Assembly (NCBI GenBank): GCA_010909165.1
Contig: MU008151.1
Coordinates: 310,001-374,000, forward strand
DNA from: Anthoceros angustus
Lineage: Eukaryota; Plantae; Anthocerotophyta
Direction of reading: 5' to 3'
DNA: 64,000 nucleotides
Numbering within the stretch: the first letter of the stretch is position 1; each line of letters opens with the position of its first letter. A model generated the notes under the pieces. It worked only from the letters and a program-made list of their open reading frames with translations. It was not told where the DNA came from and ran no database searches. Below are positions 1 to 13,139 of this stretch, piece after piece. The translations under genes were made by a program, and so were the position numbers.

Positions 1-1274
1 TAAAAGAAACTCTTCAGGCTCAGTACCAATGGACCACCTCCAAGTGTATTCCTTGGCACATGGTTAAAGTACCAGCCAAGGTTAAAGTACCAGTGCCGTA
101 AGCTCCCCAATGTCTTAATCATGAACAATGCATGACTGTGAGACCTCTGTCCCCCACTTGCATTGATATGAAAGGCACGGAAGCGCCTCTTCCCTGAAAG
201 GTACGATCCTTGTTTGTGGATCAATACCGTCTTCCTCCAATTCAAGCGTCACCATCATACTGTTTTAGATTTGCAGGATTGATTTCCGCCTCTTAAGTAT
301 TGCTTTCTCACAGATTGAGGCGCAGCTCCTGCTCAAATGTTTTTCAGCCCACTCCGAGTCCCTTTGCAAGATCCAATTCCACGTGCACCCTGTGGGTTTT
401 AGAGGTTTCTGGTCCTGGCTGGGCTGGGGTGGGCTAGGTTTTATAAAAGACACGTTCCCAAGTAGGGAATTGTCAGTTAAGTGTAACTCCCGAGTTAACG
501 GCACTGACGAAAGGCGGAAGAAGACCGACGTCTTTGGACCCTGTTGCAAACAGACACAAGGACGTTCGTGTGGTGGCTTAGTAGCAATGTAGCAGTCTAG
601 TAGCACATAAGTTCGAGAAGGTTCTGCCAATCTACCTTGGGGACACGTACATATTTGCGGTGGCTTGGACACACTTACCAATTACGGTTGGTCACGGCCT
701 ACAGTACATAGACCGGAGACGGGGAGAAGGAGACGATGTCCACCAACCTTACCTGAGTTTGGTACCAATACCACGGGTAGTACCAACCACACAAGTACAG
801 TCTGTACCTAAAGGGTACAGTACGTGTCCATAAGTACTGTATGTAGGTGTGGACTGCGCACAGGTCTGGACATGGCTCGCAAGTATGTACAGACACATGT
901 TGATGGTTCAAACCTGTCAGTGCAGAGGCGTGGACGATACGCAGGATCCATTTGACTGTGAGGAAGCCGTGCTACTCCCCGTGCTTCTGTGTGTGTAGAG
1001 AAATATGTAGTGCGGAAGATGCTGCTCAGGACTGCACATCGTATAGCCAGCATGCATCTGAAGAATACTAGGCAACTGAAGATGCATACACAAGGGTCCT
1101 ATTTGATTTGAACAACCTCATTTTCATGACCGACAACTCCAACCGAAGCACTCCCTTCTCAGCGTCTCACGGCTGAGAAAAGAACTAATGTTCACAACCC
1201 TTGCTTCAAAACAAGAGTCGTGGACGAAACGCAAAAGTGTCTTATTTGAACTGAAGCAAAGGCAGATCGGCTCT

Positions 1275-3213
1275 TCAGCGACGTGCTGCTTTGCCACATA
1301 GCAGCACATTTGCTGGAATGGCCTTCTCAGTTCTCAAAGATTCTGCAGGATCATGCACCCGAATGTAGAACTCCTGCCCCAAATAAGCTCGCTGAAGCTG
1401 TGCTGAACGAAAGTTCCACATTCCAACATTGTCCATCGCCACCAGGACGACAGTGTATCCCTTTGGATAAACCTGCAGAATGAAAGACGATTTAACTTAC
1501 AGGACTGCTGAATGCTACCGTCTTCCTCACGAATCAGCAACGAGCTGGAGTAAAACAGCCGACTACATGTTGCAAGGCCGCAATCAGACTTGTAAAGAAG
1601 TTCTTACCTGAGTTGTGCTGCGAGAAACAGCGTCCACAAGATTATAGGAGTCTCTGGCTTTCAAGGACCAGTCTCCGAAGCCAAAACTGCCAAAGAATGG
1701 AAGACAACAATAATTAGCTCAACCTTCCTCTAGGCACCTCAAGTGGTTGCCATGTCCTCACATGCATAAGAAAAACAGGCTTCCTACCATGAATAACAAT
1801 ACCTAGGGTTTAGTACACTTACGCCACAACAAAGAACGAGTACCCATCAAAATGCCATGACTGAATCGTGCCTTCACCATTCTGCAGAACAAACTCAGTG
1901 AAAGATCTGTAATCGCCAACCATGATAGATGTTTTAGAAATCGCAGGGGTGCCCTGGTTTCCTGGAGTGAAGGGGATGGAATTCAGCTCAAATACTCCAG
2001 TGATCTTGAAATAGTCAGCTAGTTTCAGGGGTGTTGTTGGTGCCAGATATGACACCCCGTTCACAGCATATCTTTGCTTCCCACTCATCACCGGGGCAGA
2101 GTCGGCCACGATGACAGTCTGCGATATTTTGATCTGTCCATAGTGGTAGGAACCTTGAGGGTTGGGCCGGGGCAGCTCCGGTTGTAAGGTTCCACCTGTG
2201 CAGGCAACCGACTAAGGTGCAGGAGGGATTGAGTGCAAAATTTGATGCAGCCGCATTCGAGCATCAACCAATCAGCAACACACCTACACACGCCGCGATT
2301 CACAACGAGAGGCCATGGATTTAACTACTTACTTGATAGTTTTCGCTTGAGATATGGATGAGTCGAAATCCAACGGGTCAGGCGACGGTGGGAATGATCC
2401 AGAAGGCTTCGTCTTTGAGTTTGTGTAATGCAGTACGGCAACACCTTCAATCGTAGGAGTAACAAATCGAGAGGTTGCCACAATGTAGAAGTTACCGGCG
2501 CCTTGATCGGTGGTTATGAGGATAGAATAAGACTGGCCGGCGTGTACATCCAAGTTGGTGTAGACGGTCTGCTGGGTGTACGAGCCCTCGGCTTCCACGA
2601 GTAAAAAATTATGGCTCTGAACAGCAAAGCTGGAGGTGGTGGAGGTTCCCACATTGGAAACCCGAAACCGGTATGTTTTACCTGCATCCACAATCATGTA
2701 CAGTTCAAATCGGTAAAATTGCGAGAAAATGCTGAAGTGGACAAAGGTCGCAGGATTCTGAAGAAGCCAAGCTGCCACTTCCAAGAGGAAATCGAAGAGA
2801 CCTGGGTTCACATCAACAATAGTGTGTTTCCTACTCCCGGCTGGCCCTCTGCCGTTTATCAGAATCGCATCTGGTGGAGGCCGAAGGGTCCTTTTTCTAA
2901 AATGTTTCTCAAGACCTTGTATGACAAGGCTAGAACAAGTCAGTTTGGGGGACTCGCCTTCCATATACGCAACAAGTTCAAGACCAGGATGGAACAGCGA
3001 AGAACAATGTCTGACAACACCGGCCGATTATACACTTGTACACCTCCAAAGCCACCTGCAGCTTTTTGTAACAGAAGAGAAGGAGCGTAGAAGAACGTGC
3101 CAATCTGGTCCTTGAATTGCATGTTGTACGTCCACTGTTTCCCTGGCAGAATAGGGCAGTTTGTCCCAGAAACTCCATCTTGCCAAGAGTCTTTTCGCTG
3201 TTGTATTCCCTCG
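1275..3213 (-). CDS. SKS: SKU5-similar (SKS) multicopper-oxidase-like protein, multi-exon, 5' exons not found
   Basis: Spliced translation gives GIQQRKDSWQDGVSGTNCPILPG..YNMQFKDQIGTFFYAPS, PDAILINGRGP, GKTYRFRVSNVG, LDVHAGQSYSIL, RYAVNGVSY..PTTPLKLADYF, QSWHFDGYSFFVV, YNLVDAVSRSTTQ and DNVGMWNFRS..YLGQEFYIRV..NVLLCGKA. Stop at 1275. Approximate exons: 3213-2960, 2915-2802, 2683-2332, 2196-1822, 1686-1608, 1472-1275. No GPI tail. One apparent frameshift near 2890. Confidence 0.9.
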
Positions 3214-3524
3214 CTGCAAAATGAAATTACGACGAGATCAGCTCCGACAAAGGAATGGCGTGTCCGCGCCGATCGGTCGCCAGGATTGGATTCCATGTGG
3301 ATTTCCTCATCACTCTGCATTTTACAAGGAGGCTCCCTGGCCAGCAGTGAACCTCACAGCTCGAGACCAATAGGACTTCAAATGAAGCGCAGAACCACAG
3401 ACCACACTACACAGCCAAAACTCCAAAGCTCAGTCAACATCCACTTACAAGGTCATCCTCGAGTGCACATACACCAGGTGACATCAGAATTCCACAATTA
3501 AGCGCCCTACAGGCGGACCAATGC

Positions 3525-3942
3525 TGGATGGGGAACCATCCTTTCACAATCCTTCAGCCCGGTTGGGCAAAAACTAATAATCTTTCAGGTCGGTTGGGCT
3601 AGTTGGTTTTGGTAAAAAATCATCCTAGTCCAGTAAAAATTATCTAGAGTATATACTGGGATGGGGAACCATCCTTTCACATTCTTTCAGCCCGGTTGGG
3701 CAAAAAGTAATAATCTTTCAGGCCAGTTGGCAAAATATAATAATCTTTCAGGCCGGTTGGGCAAGTTTGTTCTCATAAAAAGTCGTGCAAAAATTAATAA
3801 TCTTTCTGGCCGGTTACGCAAAAAATAATAATCTTTCAAGCCGGTTGGGTAAGTTTGTTCTCATAAAAAATCATCCTAGTCTAGTAAAAGTCATCCCAGG
3901 TAGATGCTAGGATGGGAAACCATCCTTTCACAATCTTTCAGG
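3525..3942. repeat. Composite tandem repeat with GATGG-N4-CCATC mini-hairpin units
   Basis: gatggg(g/a)aaccatcctttcaca occurs at ~3527, 3660 and 3911. taataatctttc..gccggtt subunits repeat about 6 times. Confidence 0.8.
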
Positions 3943-3944
3943 GC

Positions 3945-5054
3945 TGTCGTGGGCGACAAGTAGATTTACTCGACCCATTCGACTTTGCCATTCACACCAC
4001 GGTAATGTCGTGCGACGTGCAACAAAGCTCTGTTGGGCCTGGTGGTGCTCCAAATAGCCTGCTACGCCGGGGCTGAGACTGTCTCGAATATGGCCAAAAC
4101 CAGGACTGGGACTGTCCCGAGTATGGCCAAGACCAAGACTGGGACTGTCCCGAGTATGGCCAAGACCAAGACTGGGATTGTCCCGAGTATGGCCAAGACT
4201 AAGACTGGGATTGGGACTGTCCTGAGTATGGCCAAGACCAAGAGTGGAGTCTCAGGGGTCATGCCTCGAACCTTGGAGTGCATGCTTTTGTTAAATCCAC
4301 TTCCAACTGTCCCAAACATGTCATGGCGACTAGCGCAGCATTGGTGAAGGATCCATCATCCTCGGAATCGCCATCTTGCCTAGCCTCAGTGCCATCCTCA
4401 CTGTTCTCATCCGGATTCCTGGAAAGAGTGTCAGCGTTCTGATGTTTGATGCCGGGCCGGTGCACTACTTCGAATTCGTAGTCTTGCAAGATCATTGCCC
4501 ATCTGGACAACTTCCCACTTAGCTTGGTGTTAGTCATCAGCCACTTGAGAGGCTGATGGTCGGTGACTAGTGTGAATGGCTTGCCATAAAGATACGGCCT
4601 GAAATGGCAAACTGCCCACACTGCTGCCAAGCATTTTCCTTGAAGCTACTGTAGTTTGCCTCAGCCCGGTTGTTGCTCCGTGATGCATATGCAATTACTC
4701 GCTCCTGTCCTTCTGAGTCAAGCTGAGCCAGCACAGCACCGAGTCCCAGGATGCTCCAGTCGATGTGGACTACGAAGGGCTTCTCGAAGTCAGGCCTTGC
4801 CATGACGGGGGCCTCCATGAGTCGCTCATTCAAAGAGGAAAAGGCCTGCTGTGTCGCCTTTGTCCAGCTCCAGCTGACATCCTTGTGTAGAAGGTCATTG
4901 AGAGGCTTGGCGATCCGGCTGAAGTTCTGAATGTACACTCGGTAGTAATTACACAAACCGAGAAAGGATACGTTGGTGGGCTCCTTCACCTGCATTAAGG
5001 CTTGTACCTTGGCTGAATGGGGCATCACCCCATTTGGCACGATTCTACGCGACA
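3945..5054 (-). mobile_element. Ty3/gypsy pol fragment (RT thumb + RNase H), internally deleted
   Basis: FLGLCNYYRVYIQNFSRIAKPLNDLL..APVMARPDFEKPFVVHIDWSILGLGAVLAQ..ERVIAYASRSNNRAEANYSS and HFRPYLYGKPFTLVTDHQPLKWL..LSRWAMILQDYEFEVVHRPGIKHQNADTLSR. Frameshift at ~4630. The segment is bounded by TGTCG (3945) and CGACA (5054). Confidence 0.9.
4076..4245. repeat. 33-bp minisatellite, about 5 copies
   Basis: Unit gggactgtcccgagtatggccaagaccaagact, which gives the 11-aa periodicity in the ORF track. Confidence 0.9.
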
Positions 5055-5058
5055 GTAT

Positions 5059-5258
5059 TGTTAAACCCCTAGGGTTATTAGTAACCACGGCCACTAGTTA
5101 CCTAGCTACCTAGATTAGGGTTATTTATATTATGAGGGGTTATGTTGTTAACTTTAGGGTTAAGTATATAAACACAACTCTCTTTGTAAATTTATCATCA
5201 TTATTATTATTGTCAAGTTTGCTGTCTCTCTCTAGCAGTTCTGACATGGTATCAGAGC
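5059..5258 (+). mobile_element. Short 5' LTR (188 bp) plus tRNA-iMet primer-binding site
   Basis: TGTT (5059) ... GACA (5246) with an internal tatataaa, followed immediately by TGGTATCAGAGC (5247-5258), the canonical plant iMet PBS. No gag follows. Confidence 0.8.
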
Positions 5259-5621
5259 AATCTGATATTTTTAGTTGCATTGATTTTTCATGAAAGGAAT
5301 CACTATTAAGAAGTACAGGATGCGACAGTGTGCATAATCTAATATGTCTATCATATATAGATTCTATGCATTATCGTATCTATACTTCCCAATAGTTTCT
5401 CTCCTTCATCAAAAATTGCAAATTCTACTCTGTGCACATGATGGGGAATTTCCAAGTTCTCTATTGGCACATGAAAGCGTTCACTGCTAAAAGGGAGATA
5501 TGCAAAATATATCTCAAGTGCAAAATGCCTCAAGAAGCAGGGACTCGGAGCTGGAAGTTTCTTTAACTTTATCACCGCAGATGTAGGAAAGAGATCGCCA
5601 GAGGCGGTCAACATTTCTTCC

Positions 5622-5622
5622 N
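5622..5622. other. Ambiguous base, possible assembly join
   Basis: Single N. Sequence composition changes across it. Confidence 0.85.
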
Positions 5623-6009
5623 CTTTCCCTTTTCTTCTTCCTCGGGCGCTCTCTTGCCTCTCTCTCCTTCCCTCGCCGCCTTCCTTCCTCGCGGCGATGG
5701 CGATGGCTTCCTTCTCCTCTTGCGTTTTACGCTCGGCTCAGTCTCGCGTGAGTTGGCTCTTCGAAGGAAGTTGGCGCGCCCAAAGCACTTTGCCCTCTTT
5801 GGATCGCCACAGGCTGACAACCCTAGATTGGTCATCATTCCAAAATCCTAATTCTACCTATCTATTTTCCTATTTTCCTACTATCCTAATTAATCGCTTC
5901 TAATTACTCTATATATTTATTCCCTATTGGTGAGCATATATAGTGGATATCCCCCTATTCTAAATTTCCTTTTGAGATTGTCGATGCCCTTACATGATGA
6001 TACGCTTCC

Positions 6010-8370
6010 TTCTCACTACGTAGTGGCGACCTACGGTGGTAGTCGCGACCTACCAACCTTTCGGTGCCTCACCGCCTCGTCGGGGTCGTTTGACCCGTTC
6101 TTCTTCTGGGATATCCTTTCTTCCTAACAATATCCTACAACTCCGGCTTCAAGATTCTCGGAAAATTTCTTGGCATGCTCCTCTTCAATCGTTCCTAGCC
6201 AAAAAAATCAAACTTGTTTGTCTTGAGCTCTTTTGAATTTGGTTGCCCAAACTTTGCGTTCCCACCACGGACCATTGTATAAACCCCCACACCATTTTCG
6301 GTGCATTTCGGACATCACGCATACAGTCGGTCCATGCATAAATATCACGGAAAGTCTTGCATTCGGTGATTGTCATGAATCCATCCATTATCTTCTCCAT
6401 ATCCTCACATGTCATCTCCTTATCCCATGTCTCGATAAATTGCCCCTTGGTAAATCGGCGATAGCACTTGTATTCTCTTTTCCCCAAGTAGGCAGCCATT
6501 TCACGAATATCACCGGTTATTACAGTAACGGACCTTTGCTTGCTTTTGAACATGGAAAATGTCTAGTTTTGCGTCGTTGTCTTCCTCTGACTCTCTGCAA
6601 ATCTTCCACCCTCTTCCAATTTCTTGCCGCATTGATGTGCTCTTTGAAGCTATCGGGTATCATCTTCTCTTTGTACTCTTCACGCTTGATTATGCACGGG
6701 ATGGAGCGTTCATAGGTCGAACATGGCAGTGCGCAAACTAGTTTGCGCGCTTGCTAACTCGAAGCGGCACGGTACTTGATCAAACACCGGTTGAAATTTC
6801 GCTATATCTTACGGTGTTGAGTGCCTCGGATATTCTCTCAACCGCAAATGAATTGCACCTCGGTCGAGCAAAATCATGCGGATGACATTCAACTTCTTGG
6901 CCTTCGTTATCCACGTTTTCATGCCGCTCACGGTCAACTCGCCTTGAATCACTTTCTCCGGTATGACGACATAATCCTTTCACCGCTTCACAGGCATGCC
7001 AGAAAACTCTCCAATTGGTCGCATGCATTGGCTTTATCATCAAATTTGGATCCATAATCTGCGGCTCATGTCCGGGCCCCACGTTTTGATTTCCCCTCTT
7101 GCTGCCTTTCTTCCGGTTACCTTGCTCGAAGCTCACCCCTCTCCCAAAGATCGAAAACCTCGTCCACCGTGTCCACACATGAGGCGGGACACTAGCAATG
7201 CAGGCAGCGGTTTTCGACAAGTCGCATTTCTTCCCGATCTGAGCGTCGCCGATGGCGCCTAGCATCCGATATAGATTGTACTTCCAATCCATTGTAATGC
7301 TAATACCCTCTTAGCGATTTTCATTTCATCGTGAATATCGGACTTGCTCAATGAAAGACATCCTCTTAGAAATCGCCTTGACATTGTGATCGTGGCGGAC
7401 ACGCATCTCTGAGTTAAGCTGCATATATATGAGCTTCCATATCTTTGGAAGTGTGAGTTCTCCGGGTCTTCCGTCACGTTGGAGCGCATAGAAATGGTTC
7501 CCACCAATACTCCCATGGTGTCTGCTGCCTTTTCAACTTGTCTTTGTCAAAGACCTCACGCTTCGCACTCCTTGGATCGATCATACATAGCGGAGAAGTA
7601 CTCCCTCTTGCAGGTCCCTTTTAATTTCCGGAGAAGATGTTTTCCCCATGATTCATCCACTCTTGGATCGGCGTCACGAGTAATGTAGTCTGCGCTTCTC
7701 TTGGTGATGGCAACCATATCTGTATCGGAATGCACCTCTTTTGTCTTGTTGACTCGAATTTGATGTAACGGGTCCTTATCTTTGTTGGGCTCGCTCCACT
7801 CTGTCGTTGTCCGTCGGCCTGACTTTGGTGATGACGGCCCGTCGCTGGTGTCTCGTCAATGTCATTACTCTTCCTCTTTTCCCTTTTGGTTTACCTTTCG
7901 TCCTTGCGGTGGCTGGAACATCCGCGTCTACCTCCTTGAGGTTGGTTGTACAGGCTCGCTCCTTCACGATTCTTTGACCCTCTTGTCCAAACTTTGTAGA
8001 AGCTGGGCATCGTCCAATGCATGGCGATTCTTGGGACATTTGAGCGTTTTGAGCCACCCTCGCTATGTATATCCTCTGTTGTTGTGTGCTTCAACTCGCG
8101 GTTGTCGATGCATCTCGTCGTCCTCAACATCTTCATTTGCGGTTTCATGCTCTTCATATTCGCACTATCACGTCATCCGAATATCTACTGCTGCAAGTAC
8201 CTCTCTTTCTTTCCATTGAATCGTCATGAATTTCCCATATTAGGTGATGGCGGTGCTTTGGTCGTGGTTCGTTCCTAGCCTCTCCATCGCTATCTCGGAG
8301 AGGATCGCTTTTCCAAGCTTGTTCGGCCATCTTCATCATCATCAACCCCGAACTATTTCTTTTGGACAAG
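6010..8370 (-). pseudogene. ParB/Srx-like domain plus beta-class (N6/N4-type) DNA methyltransferase-like domain, many 1-bp frameshifts
   Basis: Frame-hopping translation of the minus strand gives an acidic N-terminus, then YITRDADP; SIGGNHFYALQR (GGNH 7505-7494); EDPENSHFQR; MEAHIY..LT; HDHNVKAISKRMSFIEQVR; EKVIQGELTVSGMKTWITKAKKL; VITGDIRE; AIADLPRG (6459-6448, DPPY-like motif IV); WDKE; and DFF.LGT..ACQEIFR (6209-6155, motif I-like). Motif IV lies before motif I. Confidence 0.6.
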
Positions 8371-8503
8371 CGCCATAGTCCCGAATATACGCATCACAAA
8401 GACAACCACGCCTCCATTAACCGGATGCATCAACCGAAACATCCAGCTTCGGCAGGTACAAAGGCGGGCACGGTCCTCGTCCGCCGGGACGGGGTCACAT
8501 CGC

Positions 8504-8885
8504 TGTGCGCGCAGCGGGTCTAGTGCGCGCACTAGTGCGCGCACTGCGCGCGCACAAGTGCGCGCACAAGTGCGCGCAGTGCGGCGCACTGTGCGGCGCA
8601 CTGTGCGCGCAGTGCCACGGCACAAGTGCGCGCATGCGCGCACTGTGCGGCGCGCTTGTGCGGCGCATGCGGCGCATGCGCGCACAAGTGCGCGCATGCG
8701 CGCACATGCGCGCAGTGCGGCTGCCTCGCATGCGGCGCGCTTGTGCGCGCGCATGCGCGCACAAGTGCGCGCATGCGCGCACAAGTGCGCCGGCTCCCGT
8801 CGCAGCGCACTTGTGTGCCTGGACCGTGCGGCGCAAAGTGCGCGCCGAGTTCTCATGGTACCCGGTCGCAGCGCGCGCGCGATGC
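8504..8885. repeat. GC-rich alternating purine-pyrimidine palindromic array (GTGCGCGCAC / GCGCATGCGC)
   Basis: Includes the perfect 24-bp palindrome agtgcgcgcactagtgcgcgcact (8522-8545) and many gcgcgcacaagtgcgcgc units. Confidence 0.9.
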
Positions 8886-9254
8886 ATCTCCGGCCTGCGG
8901 TGATGGTGCAATCACGAAAAAGTGGGTGAGTCGATTCTCTTCGTCTACATACCTTGTCACTTGTCATGGCGGCGTCAAGTCCACTTGGTCTTGGGTATTT
9001 CGCCTTGGAATCGGTTGTCGCACTCAATACCGGTGGCGGTTAGAATTCCTCAAAAGAACTTCTCCCTCATTGTGCATATCAAGAGTTTGATTACGCATTG
9101 CGGCGGACTTCATACTTCCAAGCCCATAGAATGTACCCAACCACAATCTTCTGTCCTCAACGCATCCATATACCCGTTCACCCGGCGGGATGGGATCAAA
9201 ATTCTCACGTAGAGTCGGTTCCTTCTTCATGTATGCACCATTCCTTGTCCAGGG

Positions 9255-11200
9255 CCTGTTACGATAGATCTGCAAATCTCGATCAACACATTTTTCTCAC
9301 GAGAAAGGATTCTCCAATGTGGTCCAGCACAATCCGATATCATCGAAAAATTTTGATGCCTCATCCAGGCTGATGCTCCTTGCTTGGCTTGGGCCTCGGA
9401 TGTCCTTGTGAAGGCCCACTCTTCCTATCGGATGCTCCTTGTGGGAGGAGAGTCGACTTCTGACGGGTGATGGTGCGGATGTTGGTGGTTCATGACCACC
9501 GAACCTCCTCTGCACTCTTCCGTTCCGGAAGCTCGTCCTTCGACATTGGCCCATCCTTTTGCGTTTTGGAGGTTTGTGAGGTTGAGGCTCTACAAAGTTG
9601 GCTTTTGCACTTGCGCGTGGGATGGACATATGTCAACGCGGATGCACACAAGCATTAGAGGAAAAGCAGGCACCCCAAACCATGCGGAAAGAATGGAATG
9701 TTGAAGTTGTCTTCATTTCATGAAACAAGCCAAATTATAGATCCGAAACCTATTTCGGCTCCCTTCTGAAGGCTCTTCTTCACAAGCCTCTTCTTCACAC
9801 TCCCTTTCACCACAAGCGACCTCGGCAACCAAGCAAGCATGCCACAAGCAAACACTGCGGTGCCTTCCACACCCAAGCACCAAGGCTGCCATGACCCAAA
9901 CACATGGTGCCTTTCACACCCAAGCACCAAGGGTGCATAACATAAGCCAACAAGCTCGCACCAACCGCACCAACCACTCGCCAAAGCGGACAGGGCCTTT
10001 TGTCACCACGATTTTGGGCGAACACACACAGTGTGAAGACTTCCACACGGCGGTTTTAGCACTCGCGTTGCCTTGCGTCCGAAACCCTCAAGCATTGAGG
10101 TTGCCAACCCCGACCGAGGTCTCGGCCTATGTCACTTGGCGCCCTCAACCGCCGATTCAAAATGCGTGCTGTTCAAAGCAGCCCTTGTGCGGATCGCCTC
10201 CAATCAAGGATGCATGTCGCCCACTAGCACGCGGATTCCTTGTCCAGCGGCCTGATACGATAGATCTGCAAATCTCGTCAACACATTTTCTCGTGCGAAA
10301 GGATTCTCCAATGTGGTCCAGCACAATCCGATATCATCGAAAAATTTTGATGCCACCATTCCGACTGATGCTCCTTGCTTGGCTTGGGCCTCATGTGATG
10401 TCCCTTGTGAAGGCCCACTCTTCCTATCGGATGCTCCTTGTGGGAGGAGAGTCGACTTTCTGGTGATGGTGCGGATGTTGGTGGTTCATGACCACCGAAC
10501 CTCCTCTGCTGCACTCTTCCGTTTCGAGCTCGTCCTTCGACATTGGCTTACATCGCGTTTTGGAGGTTTGGTGAGGTTGAGGCTCTACAAAGTTGGCTGT
10601 TTTGCACGCTGTGGGATGGACATGCACATCAGCGGATGCACCGTCAAGCATTAGAGAGGAGGCACCCCAAACCATGCGGGAAAGAATGGAATGTTGAAGT
10701 TGTCTTCATTTCATGAAACAAGCCAAATTATAGATCCAAACACCGGGCTCCCTTCTGAAGGCTCTTCAAGCCTCTTCTTCACAGGCTCCTTTCACCACAA
10801 GCGCGACACTCGGCAAGCAAGGCGCATGCCACAAGCAAACACTGCGGGTGCCTTCCACACCCAAGCACCAAGGCTGCCCGACCCAAACATGGTGCCTTTC
10901 ACACCCAAGCACCAAGGGTGCATAACATAAGCCAACAGCTGTGCCGCGCACTGCGGCAGCAGGCCTTTTGTCACCCACGATTTTGGGCGAACACACAGTG
11001 AAGACTTCACACCGGTTTTATTCGGACTCATGTTGCCTTGCGTCAAACCGCCTCCAAAGCGCCGATGAGGTTGCCAACCCGGCGAGAGGTCTCACCTATG
11101 TCATGGCGCCCTCAGCGCCGATTCAAAGTCGTGCTGTTCAAAGCGGAGCCCTTGTGCGGATCGCCTCCAATCAAGGATGCATGTCGCCCACTAGGCAGTT
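9255..11200. repeat. ~1.0 kb tandem duplication inside the transposon
   Basis: acgatagatctgcaaatctcg at 9261 and 10257. The copies are colinear and differ mostly by small indels. Confidence 0.9.
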
Positions 11201-11704
11201 CCTTGTCACGGAGAGACCCTCAAGTCGCGGATGCACATGAGATGCCTTTGCAAGAGCACAGTCGCCCACCAACAACGCTCTTCCCTCTCACATGTGCGCA
11301 TCCACGATTCTCAACCGCGGATGCCTTGTATCACGCACGCAAATCGCTCAAGCAAGGCGGGCACCGACAACGCTGCTCCTGCGGTCCCGGCGCACCATCA
11401 ACGCGGCGCTCTTGCCCATGTTCTTGTGAGACTCAACAGGCATGGGTTAACTAGCTGCGTTGAAGGTTAGGTTAGGGTTTCGTTATAGCCCTTATTTCAA
11501 GCGAGCGTTTGGTAATTAACATTGGCGGCTACTATAGTTAAACACCGCCACCATAATCATGTATGCATATTTTAACGTTCAAACACGGATGGACAAACTC
11601 CATAATCGCGCACTTCTTCGTCTCATAGTTGCGGACATTTGCTCCGAAGTTTGAAGGGCGGTGAAATGCAGCGCTTCTCCATCCTACTCGTGCGGTCGGA
11701 GTCG

Positions 11705-12330
11705 GGCGGGCGAATGGAAGGCCATAAGCGGCATGATGGCACAGGTCTCGAAAATGTTTCACGATTGATGTTTTTGGTGGTAGCGCCATCCGTGCGTCGT
11801 CGCGGAAGATTGAGAAGGTGACAATCATGGACACCACTCCGAGCATGGAAGGCATCGGAAGGTCTCATCGATACAACTCCGGTTGAAGAAGGGAGGTAGG
11901 CCAAGCATTACGGATACCACGCCAAATCCGGACATTAGCGAGGTGAAGATGGAATGCGACGGTATTTCTTCATCGCTCCATGGAGGTCGGGAATGATGGG
12001 AATTGAATTTTGCGGGAAGGAGGATGCGGGCGAATGGAAGGCCATAAGCGGCAGTGGCACAGGTCTCGAAAATGTTTCACGATTGATGTTTTTGTGTGCA
12101 TCGTGATTCGTCTGCGGAAGATTGAGAAGGTGACAATCATGGACACCACTCCGAGCATGGAAGGCATCGGAAGGTCTCATCGATACAACTCCGGTTGAAG
12201 AAGGGAGAGGTAGGCCAAACGGATACCACGCCAAATCCGGACATTAGGAGCGTGAAGATGGAATCGACGGAAATTGTTTCTTCATCGCTCCATGGAGGAG
12301 GTCGGGAATGATGGGACTGAATTTTGCGGG
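11705..12330. repeat. ~300-bp tandem duplication in the transposase 5' region
   Basis: gggcgaatggaaggccataagcggca at 11709 and 12028. ggataccacgccaaatccggacattag at 11912 and 12221. Confidence 0.85.
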
Positions 12331-13139
12331 GAAGGAGGATGCGGGCACGAGAACACCAGCGGTGGCATCCGCCGAGCCTTTCACACAATCCTCGAGTCCA
12401 CATTGTCCGGTGAAGCGTAGACATTATCCAAGCCGGATTGAAGAGGACCATGAAGGCATGCGGCGTTGAAGAAATACACGCATGGTCTTGCATTCAGTAG
12501 CAGTTGTTTCTTGCAATTGGGAAAGAAGAATATAGAGAGCCTCGAGATATCGCTTCTTGGGATTGCCTCGAGCGGCGGAAATATATTTGCAAGGATTGCT
12601 CGAGGTAGAACAAGCAACCTATCGTCGCAATGTTCTCAATTTTCTCCTGGGAGACAACAGTTGCAATGTTGTGTCGAAGTTTTCAAAAGTGTTACGCATT
12701 GGATGGCGGAGGTATGAACATTTGAAGCAGTACTAACGAACACACCATGGTCATCGAATTGAAGTTCCAAGGACGTAAGATCATGTTGGAATGCATTGCT
12801 TGGATGGAAAAGTTTTCAAGCTAACGGTGAGCATGCCCAATGTTTCGATTTTAACTTGCGATTCATATACCAAAGGAGATATTCCGGGACTACAAGCGGG
12901 AGGTTTCAAGAATGGTTGACCAACGTCTCTCATTCTCATACATGCCTTATGGAAGAAACATTTTCCAAAAGTGAAGATACCAAAGTGTAGTCGTTTTCAA
13001 AATCGTCCAATGCGAAGCGTTGAAGACGACCATCGAGATGACCAGCAACAAGAACAAGGTATTTCATATCCGAGTTTCCTTTTGACTTCCATGGAATCAT
13101 GAGCACTCCAGCCTCTTGTCGTGCTTGTTCTCGCCCACA

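Noticed and set aside
1-1100. Short ORFs at the window start
   Set aside because: No recognisable domain or splice structure.
5601-5613. gaggcggtcaaca as the left TIR matching 15764
   Set aside because: Only a loose match, it lies across the N, and there is no TSD.
8353-9090. Arg/Ala/Cys-rich ORFs in all frames (also 12936-13460)
   Set aside because: Artefacts of stop-free GCGCGCAC arrays.
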